From Nemertoderma westbladi (lineage: Eukaryota; Animalia; Xenacoelomorpha), in contig JAUCBJ010005723.1 of the NCBI GenBank assembly GCA_032718475.1, forward strand, positions 1-57,842: a stretch of 57,842 bases of DNA, read 5' to 3'. Made by a program: the position numbers and the translations under genes. Below are positions 12,839 through 26,118 of this stretch, in pieces. Under the pieces are notes generated by a model, which searched no databases, was not told where the DNA came from, and saw nothing but the letters and a program-made list of their open reading frames with translations. Numbering within the stretch: the first letter of the stretch is position 1; each line of letters begins with the position of its first letter.

Positions 12839-14303
12839 TAGGGGTTTTTTGGCGCTATATGTGGCGCCAGCGCCATAGCACATGGCCGTGGCTCCATTGG
12901 CAGGAAGCTCGATGGCGCCAACAGGCAACAGCGCCATTGAGATTTCTCCGACATTCGCCTACTAGCATATTCTCTGATAACATTACAGTATCGATAAATA
13001 TTGTACGTAAATATTAAAAAAATATTTAAATATAGGAATAGACTCCCACACAGACTCATATTGTTTGAGGTGGTGGGGTGGGCACATAATTTGAACTTTC
13101 AATTAGTTAAGTTGACATTTTATGTTATCGAGTTAATTATTGTGGTTTTATTACCTTGTCCCTGTGTTTGTTAGTTATATATTACTTTTCAGATAGTTTA
13201 CGTTCATTTTAATTAAAATAATAATTGAATAAAAATTGAATTTGAAACGTAATATATTACGTTATATATTTATTTTATTTATTTATATAACATAATAAAC
13301 CGGACAAAGAATGAAATGGACAAAAATTATATGTTAGGTTTTGAATTCTCACATATTTTAGATAGAAAGAGTCATTTTGGTCAACAGAAATTTTCAAAAT
13401 GAAAAATGTCATATTAAAAAATTGAAAAAAATTGCCGTTTTTTGCTATGTAACTTTTGCAATTTCTACCGTACATGTCTAAACGTGGTTCCATCTATAAA
13501 GGATTAGTACAGTAGAAGAACATGTGCTGAAAATGACATGCAATGTGGTCCAGTAGTTCCAGACAAACAGGTACATCAGTGAAAAATAAAAACGAAAAAT
13601 AAATTTCTGAGATAATGGCATTTAAAGTTATCAAACATTCCCGCCATTTTTTATTGAATGGAGGGATAATTCAAATCACTTTCAAAAAATAAGGATTAAT
13701 ACTTATTAACTAATTATTAATTATTAGTATAATTATTTCTGAGGTGGTGAATGCATTTCCGATGTCAGTTTTAACATTTGATGAATTTCAGACTGTCAAT
13801 TTGTCTGTTTATCAGACAATCGTCTGTCTGTCGTTAGTCAATAATTAAGGAAACATACCGGTACTACCCAACTGAAATCTAGGTTATGGAGGTTTGCCTG
13901 GTCTGTGATTCCATTACCTTTTGTAGTTTTAACATCTATATATAACTCGAGAATTAAAAGAGATCTCGCTATGCCGTTTTCTGTTTTGAAATCGCCATTA
14001 AATTTTGATCCAAAATCCGGTAAAAAATGTTAATTTTTTTTAAAACATTTTATCACAAACACGTGCCGTTAATCAATATGAATGTTAGTTTAATTTTTTT
14101 TTTTTGCTTAGCACATAAACGTAAACGTAACATAAACATAAACGTAAGCCTTCTGGTACTATTGGTTAACCAGTAGGTGATAAAGTAGTAGTACGGCGGT
14201 AGTATTAGTAGTGGTAGTATTGTCTATGGCGCCTTAAATTAGACGAATAAAATTAGTCGGTGGCTCCGACAGCGCCATCAGCAAATTTCCTAAAAAAAAC
14301 CTG
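12839..14303. mobile_element. Non-autonomous hAT-like DNA transposon
   Basis: 8-bp TSD CCCCGACT (12831-12838, 14304-14311); imperfect TIRs TAGGGGTTTTTTGG / CCTAAAAAAAACCTG; subterminal (T)GGCGCC(A) repeats at both ends. Confidence 0.8.
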
Positions 14304-14365
14304 CCCCGACTGGTTGTCTCTGCGTTCTCCATCCCGGGTTACTCTCGAAAAGACGATTATTCTCG

Positions 14366-14638
14366 AATATTAAAACAATAAAATAGGACATGGGGTCTTC
14401 CCTCAGATACTACCTAGCATTTAGGGCCACTTGGGCCACTGTTAGTACTCAGGCACTAGGCCCATCAAAAAACAAAATACCAAATCGATTTGGGTTGGGT
14501 TATGTAGCACTAAAATCGATTTGGTATTTTGTTTTTTGATGGGCCTAGTGCCTGAGTACTAACAGTGGCCCAAGTGGCCCTAAATGCTAGGTAGTATCTG
14601 AGGGGAGACCCCATGTCCTATTTTATTGTTTTAATATT
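14366..14638. repeat. Near-perfect palindrome (arms ~125 bp, loop ~20 nt) inside a TSD-flanked insertion
   Basis: Arms differ at one position; 12-bp direct repeat ATTCTCGAATAT at 14359-14370 and 14682-14693. Confidence 0.9.
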
Positions 14639-17600
14639 AATATTACAATCCCTCTAAAGTCGTGGTTGTCAACATCATATAATTCTCGAATATAACGGGC
14701 GGACATACATTTTCACAAACTGCTCGCTAACTGTAGTAGTTGTAGTACCCGATACCTGTAAAATAGGAGGTACCGTTAGCCGACATTGACATAGTCACCA
14801 GACCATGCACATGCAGTTAAACACTTGTTATCTGAATCTGATTGAAGCTATTCCGTGCAACATCAAAAAAATTACCAATTTAAGAATAAAATTACGTACA
14901 GTATTTGAAAAAGAAACTTAGAACAATTTTTTCCATTATGTGATATAAATAATTTTTATCACAATTTAAGTCTGTTTTTGTGCAACAGTTTTGGCTCATA
15001 CGTTTGGTAAACATGTACTCTACTTTCTTGGATTATTAAAGTGTCGCTTTTACTTCAATCGTTGGATGGTACGATTTTCATTGGACCTTTTAGCTTACCC
15101 TATTACCCTCCCTTCTTTCATTTGGTATATTGGTCAAATAATATAACTCCATAATCAATGTTAAATCGACTGACTATATGATTCTAAGAACCGGGCCGGC
15201 TGGTCGCTGGTCCTATTCACACCGCTGTGGTTCTTTGCATTATCGATGATGATATACTTACCAAAATATATCATCCATCATTATTAGATTCCATTCTTGC
15301 TATACGAAGATGGGGAGCTGACAGGTTCCTAGTTTGAATATTCCGTTGGGAATAATTATATATCTGATAGGATCGTGATATCCCTCAGCGTCATTCACAC
15401 AAGCTTAAGGGATAGAGTACTGCAGCACAAAGAACGTGAATTCGTATGAGTAAACCTCTTCGCCTTGCAAGAAACAGTACTACCGTTCCTATTTTTACTC
15501 GAGGCTAAAGCCCCACAGCTCATATAAGCATGATTAATGCTACCAATTCGTTTTCATTTGCAGGTAAACGAATCTCCCCTTCGTCCTGTGTCTTTCATTT
15601 GCTTTTCTCTGGCTAATGGATCCACTTAGTTCGTGTGGCATTGATTATTGGTTCCAATAAACCAACTCATTATAGTTTGTTCATCAATTCCCTTCCCATC
15701 TGATCTATAAATGGGGTTGTTTCTTAATGCACAATTTATTTGGTATGGTGAATTATCGAATAATTTCGCATTTATGCTTCACCTAACTAACTAAACATAA
15801 TGATTACGAGTGGACCTGTACATTGGGTATGGATATTAATAAAGAACAATGTTTGTTATCAATTAATTAATAAGACAACTGCAATACGGTAAATACAATT
15901 TTTATATAACTTCCATTCCAGACTAAATCAAGCGAGCTGTTTTTAGGTCCGCGTTTAGCGAGACTTCTAGTAACCACTACCTACATTCGTTGTTGTTGTT
16001 GCTGCACAGTATGGCACTTTTCCTCACTTTGTAGTTCGCTGAAATTGAAATTCCCAGATACCGTGTTCAATCCCTCATTTGGATATTATGTTTTTTCGAA
16101 GAAAATAAGTTTTGTAAAATTGGTTTAATTGAAACTTGAAAACATGATTCAGGTTGGTAGTGAGACATTCAAGGGGTCAGTTTTTCCTTCAAGGGCTATC
16201 AGGAGACAGTTTATGCGTTATTGGTTATTAGACGCGGTTCTATGAGCACTTTTTAAAAATAACTTGTGTACTGTACATTTTCTGTAAAAGGTATAGAAAT
16301 AAAACTGTTTGTACAGTAGTAGCAAACAAATGTCAACTTCGGAAAATTGAAAATGTAATTACCATTCACTTAACTTCTGAACTTATTTCTAATAAATCTA
16401 TCTCCTGTCAGGGTTGTATTCGCGAGGTATATAATATAAGCGTCCTTCAATCCCTTGGGTTGCCAGCATGCGCCCAACCTTTGGGGATTAAATATTCCAA
16501 TTTGCGGCCTGCAAGATTCATCAAAGTTCCAAGGATTTGTATTTTTCGCAACAACCAACAGGATAATAGCAATTTTCTTGATTATACCTGCACGTGCAAT
16601 TCATGTCAACACAAAATAAAGCTCGACCTTCCTCTATAGCATTTACTGTACTCAAGCCCTTCGGATTTATTATTAGAGTAGAGCATGTTCCGTTGGTTAT
16701 TACCACAGATAGTAATGCTAATATGCCGTCGTTCCCATTATGCTCCGTTGGCTGGGGTAATTTCTTGTCTTGGTGGAATCACAAGGGGCTCAGCTGCATG
16801 TGTGATACTGTTGGATGAAGTCAATATAATGCAATCACGAGCCACACGGCTTAATCTGCATTCTCTGTCTTTGTGAGATTAGGATAGGTTCCCATACAGC
16901 CATAAAGTGGTCAGTCATGGTACAGATAATATATAATGTACTGATGTCAACTTTAAATCTTAATTTCCAAAATATTTACGCTATTACCCCCCCCCCCCCC
17001 CCCCTCCCTCCCCCCTCCCCGTCATTGATTACGTCCTTGTTTACATTATAATTTAAAACCAAGAAAGATTTCCAGAGTTTTCATTCACTGTTTTCTTCAT
17101 GCTTATCAATATGGAGATTGAATAGCGAATAGGCCTAGAGTCTACTTTGCAGCACCTGTGTGGTTTGGGCTGTTGATAGTAGGGCTGTGTATAGTATTAA
17201 AACTAATTACAATCAGTAATTGCAAGTTTCTACAGTGAGCCTTTGCATACAGTTTAGTATGGCCCAAATATGCATTATATATCCCGTTAGTCCTTTCGTA
17301 TGTCTGGGTCATTATTTTAACTTAAATAATAGCCTATTTATCAATATAAAAATTTGATAAGTGCGTGCAAAATATAAAGTGAAAACAACATGTAATAGCA
17401 CGTTTTGACAAGTAAACACACGCATATGCCTACACACCTACACCTAATTTGTAGTATTAGGCAGGTTAGTAAAGAAGCAGGTTACAAAGGCGGGTTGAAA
17501 GGAACCAAAACAATAAACGAGGGTTAGGAATATTGTAGGAATTCCAATTTAATTGAGAATCAACAGCTAGAGTATAAATAATCAGATGTATAGGCCTTTG

Positions 17601-19447
17601 CGGCTTACGGTACTGTACATGTATGTGTAGGCGTAGCGTTTACCCTCAGTTTTGATAATTAAATGAAATGGCTTTCTTTCTGCCAGCACAATCAATGTTT
17701 TCATGAGATTTCACCATTTGCTTACAATGATATGCTCGCTTGTTTGCCCATTTATCCTATGCCCTGTGCTAAAGCTGTACGCGAGGGTTCACTGGCTTGG
17801 TTTTGGTTTTCGCGTTGTCCTTACAACATCAACCGTGAGTGTTATATATATAGTTCTTATGCAACAATGTTCCCTATTAAAATCATTGGAACTAAGTTTT
17901 CATATTTAAGTTTACATTTTAATTGAAAAAAACTAGATATACTGTACCTGTACTAGGTAGAGGGACACGAAAATGTTTAGATGGGTCGCATCCCATGCCT
18001 AGAGGCCTATCCTATACCTCTTGACATCCCATTTAAGCGTGAATGCCTCTTTACCTATTCACTCATGGGTAATAATGACCTCCAATGCCAGAGTGTGGCA
18101 GTGTGCCTGCCACGCTTTAATTAGGCAAAGTTGGCGCGTGTCGCCTTCTGTCAAAGGAAGCTTCTAACGCAGTGTGCAGTACAGCAGTGTAATAGGCTTG
18201 TCTGAGATCGTCCTTGGCATAAGACTAATTGCTTGGACCTCTGGCAGTCTGTTCTTTGTTGTTATTGGACGGGGCCGTTTTTGGTCTGATTCCTGGTATA
18301 GTAGTTTCCCGGTAATCATCTGAAACTGCAGTGCGTCAGTGGATGGACAAAAGAGACAACTGGATCTTTATAATGGTTGTTCCTCGGAACAGTAGGCCTC
18401 CCCTACCTATAATAGTTACGACTACAGTCTTAACTGTAGGTAAAAGGGCTGAGTTTGTGTGAAATCTTATGCGTGTGCCCCCCATCCCCTTTCACAATAC
18501 CATTATCCCTTTTTGGTTAAAGAGCAGAGGCAAAAAACCGACCATGTGCCTTTACTCTCAATAATAAAGTTTATATGGTTGTGTCTATGTGGATAGGACA
18601 CGTGGACCACTCTGTCGAATAGCTTTTGCCAGATGCGTAGGAATTCATAGACTTCTTGGAATACTGGTATGGATTCTGTGGGGGGGGGGGGGGGGTGTCT
18701 ACCATACCTTCCATAAAGTGAGCGGGTGAGGCCAGGCTAGTCCTGATTAGCATTACATAATGTACTAAATATATTACTAATAAAATTAATATAGAAAAAG
18801 CATCATAAAAAGATGACACAATTAAATGATTTAATACCTTGATGAGCAAATTGATTGACCTTAAAATTCAAATTTCTATGTCATGTTCCATATTTACTGC
18901 AGTGACCTCGAGCGAAGCAGTCAACATTTTATTAAAAACATTTGTAAAGTGATTCAATGTTCCATAACAGTATTTTTTTACAGTTTGTCAGTCACACTTA
19001 GAGCGGTTCGCTAAGATGACACTATCACGGTTGTTAGAGTTGTCGCGAGATTTATACAACTTGTAATTTTTGCTGCTTAATTGTAATGAGACATTTATAT
19101 ATGAATTTTCATTATTACCGAGCGTGGCCACACCCTCCACTCTCCACGTAAATTCTAATTATGCTTGCCCTTATTCGCCAGCGGCCCCTTTAGCCCACCA
19201 CTTTAGCTAGCACTCAATATACAGTTCACACATGACCACGCCAGGGTATTAAGCCTAATAATAGTAACAATAACACACACCTGTTATGAAATTTGACTAT
19301 AAGAGTGACTCGGTAATTTCATGTAGTAATATAAATCGTCTGAAAATTTGAAATAAATTTGTCTGCTTTGTGCCACACTCTACAACAGACCGTGTGTAGT
19401 GCATTTGTTTTAATTCGAGTTTATATTTTCAATATTTTGTGTTTTAG

Positions 19448-19496
19448 ATGCACAGACCTATCCAGGTTAAGCCAGCAGACCTCGAAAATAAAGGAG
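19448..19496 (+). CDS. CELF4: CELF3-6/Bruno-like RNA-binding protein, internal exon A (end of RRM1: MHRPIQVKPADLENKG)
   Basis: ttttag|ATG...GGAG|gtgagt; the peptide matches the CELF RRM1 end motif MNRPIQVKPADSE; ends in phase 1, compatible with the next exon. The symbol denotes the CELF3-6 subfamily, not strict orthology. Confidence 0.9.
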
Positions 19497-22205
19497 GTGA
19501 GTATGTGAATCTGAATATAATATTTATGTATATTGTAGATTGTATACGGTATATTGTATAATGGTATATTGTATAATGGTATATATTTTCATGTTTGCGT
19601 AACTATTAAGGTGTTTGTTTTATGTAGGCCTATAATCTGTGGGGAGTTATCCAGAAGCTTTAATAACTGTATAGGAGATATAAATATGTGTTTCAGTTTT
19701 AATTTTGTTATAAAATCGCAGGATATTTTGTTATATAATATTTTTTATCATCAACACCAAATATATACACTATTGCAAGAAGAGCACTATGGCCAGTTGT
19801 ATACTGTTCAAGTGTTCAGTTCAACATTCAGTGACCATTTCATTTTATTTAATTAGCTGTGACATTGTAATTTACGGAGGCTGGTGAGTGGTGGTGGCAC
19901 CAGCTTAAACATTCTTCCAATATTGATCGTAATTTTTTCTAATCGAGGGCACCATTTGTAACCGTACATACATATATAAATTGATTTGTTATTCCATGTT
20001 TACAAAGCGTGTGCAGATTTCGTATTTGGGATGTTGAAGTAATGAGACATGGATGCATGGCTTACATAACGATATCAATAAGTATTACTTGATTCAAGTT
20101 ACTTGCTCTGTTTTATTGGTGAGTGACAGTGAATGTGTGTTACATGATGCAATTAAGTATTATTTCAATCTTAGCTTAAAAGTGTGATCATCATTTTACG
20201 TGTGTTGTGAAGTAAATTTGAAACAATTTATAAAGTTCATAATATATCAATGCTGCTTGTGAGAAAAATATGCGATATTTTAATATAAAATGTCCAACAT
20301 TTCTCATTAAATTTAATCACCAGTTCTGATTCGTGTCGCCATAGTAAATGCAAAGGAAACCCGACTCTCACCCATTAACCATGGGAGCCTGCAATTACCA
20401 AGAGAAAATGTCCAACATGCAGCCAACCATCAGCATATTATATTATGCCGACAGGATTCCAAATGCGTGTGTCTTTAATAGGAAGGCAGCTTTCCTGACG
20501 GCGCATTCCTTACACCTATTCGCTCATCAAAGGACACAATTAACTCTGGCAGCAAAGAGATTTAATAAAAAAAAATCAATAATTGGTGGACCGCCGTATG
20601 ATAATCAATGATTTATTCGGAATTGTGATGAATGGAATTTTGTTCATTCAACCGGCTGTGGCGTGCTGGGAGCTGCATTGTAGTGATAGCCGATTACCTG
20701 TGAATGTGACTTTTATGAGGCTGCGGATGTAATAAGCATCTGTTGTAGGGAAATAGCCTAAAAAATAATACTTATCGTTGCAGTTAGTATTGGTTATTTA
20801 AAGTATGGTTGTCATTTTTGTCAAGTGCGTAAAATAGTGATTAGGCAAGATAGAGGTTAATTAAGTCGTTAATTCAGGTCCATTAAACAAAGTAATACTA
20901 TAGTTATATCGCGACCATAGAGCCAGGACAAACAAAAATATTATTTATATTATATATATATTATTTGGTAAGTTGTAAAATATCAGGGGTAAAACAACCC
21001 ATACAAAATACAAATAAATGGTGTGATACCCAAACCATAGGAATAGCTTGTGTTGTTCTACTATTTATGTGTCAAAATTCCGTATACAAAAAAAACCCTC
21101 ACAGCTATATAGTTATGTTAATTTTCATATGTGTTGGTCAAGGCTTTTTGCGATTTTCCCGAAATGCTGGTTTTGTTTTAAGTGTTTGTTCTGTTTCTAT
21201 GGTCACGATATAAACAATTACGATATACCCATCATCGTTCTGATACCAAACAATGCAAATTCGGAAAATAAAATATATAAAACATCCCCAGATGTTATGA
21301 CCACCAGTAAGGGACAGTTGATTTACATATGTTTGAGCGACTTAATACATGATTCCAATACAATTGAATAGACATCTTATGAATGCTGCTGGCTTAATGC
21401 ATTGTAATTATGAATACATGTTATTGGTATCGGTATTGGATGGAAGTCAAGTTTGTTGTTGTGCTGTCTATTTGCACCAGATGCGGACTGGAAACCAGCT
21501 TTCTCTCTCACTACTCACACATATTGGTTCAGTCACATAGTAATTATGCCTGAGTTTTTTTCCTTGTGCTGCCCTCTCTTTAGATTATAGTGGTAGCATC
21601 TACTTTATTGTTTTTCTTTTTAGAGGTTTTCCAAGAGTGGCAAAGTTTTGTTCCTGATGTTGAATCAAATGAGTAGAGTAATAAATAGAGCAATCACACA
21701 ATGCACTTGATCGGAGTTTCAAACAAACAAATTAAATATATACTAAAGATTTTTTGGATGGCACCCCAAATTTAGGAACACCAAAAATGATACATATTTA
21801 AAGCTTTTGTCAAAACCCATAAATGTGGGGCGAGCCTAGAAGTCTGTTAGTGAGCCCTTACCATACATATTCAATTCATGTTGTGATTTGGGCAGGAAAA
21901 ATTTGATACAACATATATGCGAATAAGCGTTGCTCAGTTTTTAATGAACTAATAATTTGGTTTTTGCGGGCAGCTTTGTAATGTAATTTGATCGCAAGCT
22001 GTTACTGGTAGGTACATTGCCGACAATCTGTTTAGTTTAGATACAACCTAGCAATAAGCTAAGCCTGCCTTCTAAATATGGTTATGGTTTCAAGTCAATT
22101 TATTTTTCTTTAATTTAAAATCAAGTAAAATTTGGATGTTAATTAATTGTTAAGAATCATTTTTTCGACCACTGTTTTGGTAATCAACACAAAATGAAGA
22201 ATATG

Positions 22206-25200
22206 CCGTCACAGCCCGATGAGAGAGGTCGCTGTGTGTTTCTGATACCGTCACAGCCCGAGTAGAGAGGTCACTGTGTGTTTCTGGTACCTTCACAGCC
22301 CGGGGAGAGAGGTCGCTGTTTGTTTCTGGTACCGTCACAGCCCGAGGAAAGAGGTCGCTGTGTGTTTCTAGTACCGTCACAGCCCGAGTAGAGAGGTCGC
22401 TGTGTGTTTCTGGTACCGTCACAGCCCGGGGAGAGAGGTCGCTGTTTGTTTCTGGTACCGTCACAGCCCGTGGAGAGAGGTCGCTGTGTGTTTCTGGTAC
22501 CATCACAGGTCACAGCCCGAGGAGAGAAGTTGCTGTGTGTTTCTGGTACCGTCACACCCTGAGAAGAGAGGTCGCTGTGTGTTTCTGGTACCATCACAGC
22601 CCGAGGAGAGAAGTCGCTGTGTGTTTCTGTTACCGTCACAGCCCGAGGAGAGAAGTCGCTGTGTGTTTCTGGTACCGTCACAGCCTGAGAATAGAGGTCG
22701 CTGTGTGTTTCTGGTACCATCACAGCCCGAGGAGAGAAGTTGCTGTGTGTTTCTGGTACCGTCACAGCCCGAGAAGAGAGGTCGCTGTGTGTTTCTGGTA
22801 CCATCACAGGTCACAGCCCGAGGAGAGAAGTTGCTGTGTGTTTCTGGTACCGTCACACCCTGAGAAGAGAGGTCGCTGTGTGTTTCTGTTACCGTCACAG
22901 CCCGAGGAGAGAAGTCGCTGTGTGTTTCTGGTACCGTCACACCCTGAGAAGAGAGGTCGCTGTGTGTTTCTGGTACCGTCACAGCCCGGGGAGAGAGGTC
23001 GCTGTTTGTTTCTGGTACCGTCACAGCCCGTGGAGAGAGGTCGCTGTGTGTTTCTGGTACCATCACAGGTCACAGCCCGAGGAGAGAAGTTGCTGTGTGT
23101 TTCTGGTACCGTCACACCCTGAGAAGAGAGGTCGCTGTGTGTTTCTGTTACCGTCACAGCCCGAGGAGAGAAGTCGCTGTGTGTTTCTGGTACCGTCACA
23201 GCCTGAGAATAGAGGTTGCTGTGTGTTTCTGGTACCATCACAGCCCGAGGAGAGAAGTTGCTGTGTGTTTCTGGTACCGTCACAGCCCGAGAAGAGAGGT
23301 CGCTGTGTGTTTCTGGTACCATCGCAGCCCGAGGAGAGAGGTCGCTGTGTGTTTCTCGTACCATCACAGCCCGAGGAGAGAGGTTGTTGTGTGTTTCTGG
23401 TACCGTCACAGCCCGAGGAGAGAGGTCGCTGTGTGTTTCTGGTACCGTCACAGCCCGGGGGGAGAGGTCGCTGTGTGATTCTGGTACCGTCACAGCCCAG
23501 GGGGAGAGGTCGCTGTGTCTTTCTGGTACCGTCCCAGCCCGAGCAGAGAGGTCGCTGTGTGTTTCTGGTACCGTCACAGCCCGGGGAGAGAGGTCGCTGT
23601 GTGTTTCTGGTACCGTCACAGCCCGGGGGGAGAGGTCGCTGTGTGTTTCTGGTACCGTCACAGCCCGGGGGGAGAGGTCGCAGTGTCTTTCTGGTACCAT
23701 CCCAGCCCGAGCAGAGAGGTCGCTGTGTGTTTCTGGTACCGTCACAGCCCGGGGAGAGAGGTCGCTGTGTGTTTCTGGTACCATCACAGCCCGATGAGAG
23801 AGGTTGCTGTGTGTTTCTGATACCGTCACAGCCCGGGGAGAGAGGTCGCTGTGTGTTTCTGGTACCGTCACAGCCTGAGAATAGAGGTCGCTGGGTCTTT
23901 CTGGTACCGTCCCAGCCCGAGCAGAGAGGTCGCTGTGTGTTTCTGGTACCGTCACAGCCCGGGGAGAGAGGTCGCTGTGTGTTTCTGGTACCGCCACAGC
24001 CCGAGGAGAGAGGTCGCTGTGTGTTTCTGGTACCGTCACAGCCTGAGAATAGAGGTCGCTGTGTTTTTCTGGTACCGTCACAGCCCGGGGAGAGAGGTCG
24101 CTGTGTGTTTCTGGTACCGTCACAGCCTGGGGGGAGAGGTCGCTGTGTGTTTCTGGTACCAAAAAAAGCCCGAGCAGAGAGGTCGCTGTGTGTTTCTGGT
24201 ACCGTCACAGCCCGAGGAGAGAGGTCACTGTGTGTTTCTGGTACCATCACAGGTCACAGCCCGAGGAGAGAGGTCGCTGTGTGTTTCTGGTACCGTCACA
24301 GCCCGAGGAGAGAGGTCGCTGTGTGTTTCTGGTACCGTCACAGCCCGGGGGGAGAGGTCGCTGTGTCTTTCTGGTACCGTCCCAGCCCGAGCAGAGAGGT
24401 CGCTGTGTGTTTCTGGTACCGTCACAGCCCGAGGAGAGAGGTCACTGTGTGTTTCTGGTACCATCACAGGTCACAGCCCGAGGAGAGAGGTCGCTGTGTG
24501 TTTCTGGTACCATAACAGCCCGAGGAGAGAGGTCGCTGTGTGTTTCTGGTACCATCACAGGTCACAGCCTGAGGAGAGAGGTCGCTGTGTGTTTCTGGTA
24601 CCGTCCCAGCCCGAGGAGAGAGGTCGCTGTGTGTTTCTGGTACCGTCACAGCCCGAGGAGAGAGGTCACTGTGTGTTTCTGGTACCATCACAGGTCACAG
24701 CCCGAGCAGAGAGGTAGCTGTGTGTTTCTTTTACCGTCACAGCCCGAGGAGAGAGGTCGCTGTGTGTTTCTGGTACCGTCACAGCCCGGGGGGAGAGGTC
24801 GCTGTGTCTTTCTGGTACCGTCCCAGCCCGAGCAGAGAGGTCGCTGTGTGTTTCTGGTACCGTCACAGCCCGAGGAGAGAGGTCACTGTGTGTTTCTGGT
24901 ACCATCACAGGTCACAGCCCGAGGAGAGAGGTCGCTGTGTGTTTCTGGTACCATAACAGCCCGAGGAGAGAGGTCGCTGTGTGTTTCTGGTACCATCACA
25001 GGTCACAGCCCGAGGAGAGAGGTCGCTGTGTGTTTCTGGTACCGTCCCAGCCCGAGCAGAGAGGTCGCTGTGTGTTTCTGGTACCGTCACAGCCCGGGGA
25101 GAGAGGTCGCTGTGTGTTTCTGGTACCGTCACAGCCCGATGAAAGAGGTCGCTGTGTGTTTCTGGTACCATCACAGGTCACAGCCCGAGCAGAGAGGTCG

Positions 25201-25716
25201 CTGTGTGTTTCTGGTACCATCACAGCCCGAGGAGAGAGGTCGCTGTGTTTCTGGTACCGTCACAGCCCGGGGGGAGAAGTCGCTGTGTGTTTCTGGTACC
25301 GTCCCAGCCCGAGCAGAGAGGTCGCTGTGTGTTTCTGGTACCGTCACAGCCCGGGGAGAGAGGTCGCCGTGTGTTTCTGGTACCGTCACAGCCCGGGGAG
25401 AGAGGTCGCCGTGTGTTTCTGGTACCGTCACAGGCCGAGGAGAGAGGTCGCTGTGTGTTTCTGGTACCGTAACAGACCGAGGAGAGAGGTCGCTGTGTGT
25501 TTCTGGTACCGTCACAGCCCGGGGAGAGAGGTCGCTGTGTTTCTGGTACCGTCACAGCCCGGGGGGAGAAGTCGCTGTGTGTTTCTGGTACCGTCACAGC
25601 CCGGGGAGAGAGGTCGCCGTGTGTTTCTGGTACCGTCACAGCCCGGGGAGAGAGGTCGCCGTGTGTTTCTGGTACCGTAACAGACCGAGGAGAGAGGTCG
25701 CTGTGTGTTTATGGTA
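22206..25716. repeat. 42-bp minisatellite, about 82 copies
   Basis: Unit GTCACAGCCCGAGGAGAGAGGTCGCTGTGTGTTTCTGGTACC; recurrent 7-bp insertion ATCACAG; explains all the long ORFs in this region. Confidence 0.98.
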
Positions 25717-25992
25717 TTTCGGTATTTGTATTTCTGTTTGCTGACATTAAGATTATCTTAACGTTTAGTTTTATAATGTAATTGACAACCCATATGTATT
25801 ACAGGATCATCAACCATAAAAATATTAAATGTTATTGTTAAGGTATTGGTTAAGGTTGTATCATTTCAAATAGCCTGTATTTTCCACTGATTTAGTATTT
25901 TTAGGTATTTATTTTTTCGATTTAATTAATAACCCACCGCATGGCTTTATTAACGCAGTGAACGATAACTATTGTATTTGTTAACATTGCAG

Positions 25993-26118
25993 AACGCAAG
26001 GTGTTCATTGGTATGCTAAGTCGCCGACAAGCTGAGGAAGATATTCTAGAGTTATTTAATCGCTTTGGACCTATTGACGAGTGTAGTGTGTTGCGAGGAA
26101 CCGAGGGTCTTAGTAAAG
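25993..26118 (+). CDS. CELF4: CELF exon B (RRM2 N-half: [43 protein letters not shown])
   Basis: ttgcag|AA...AAAG|gtaacg; RNP2 VFIGML; 126 nt, phase 1-1. Confidence 0.95.

Noticed and set aside
1-19447. CELF RRM1 exons (LFVGQIP / GCAFLTY...KTLPG)
   Set aside because: Searched by eye; look-alikes near 8626 (GCTFL) and 10681 lack splice sites or hit stops. They are presumably upstream of the window, though a small exon could have been missed.
22206-25716. CRISPR-like array, or RAG recombination-signal-like CACAG heptamers
   Set aside because: No unique spacers, eukaryotic context and no cas genes; no nonamer at 12/23 spacing.
22150-25781. Long ORFs (up to 591 aa) on both strands
   Set aside because: Translations of a stop-poor 42-bp satellite; open in several frames on both strands, with no splice or domain support.
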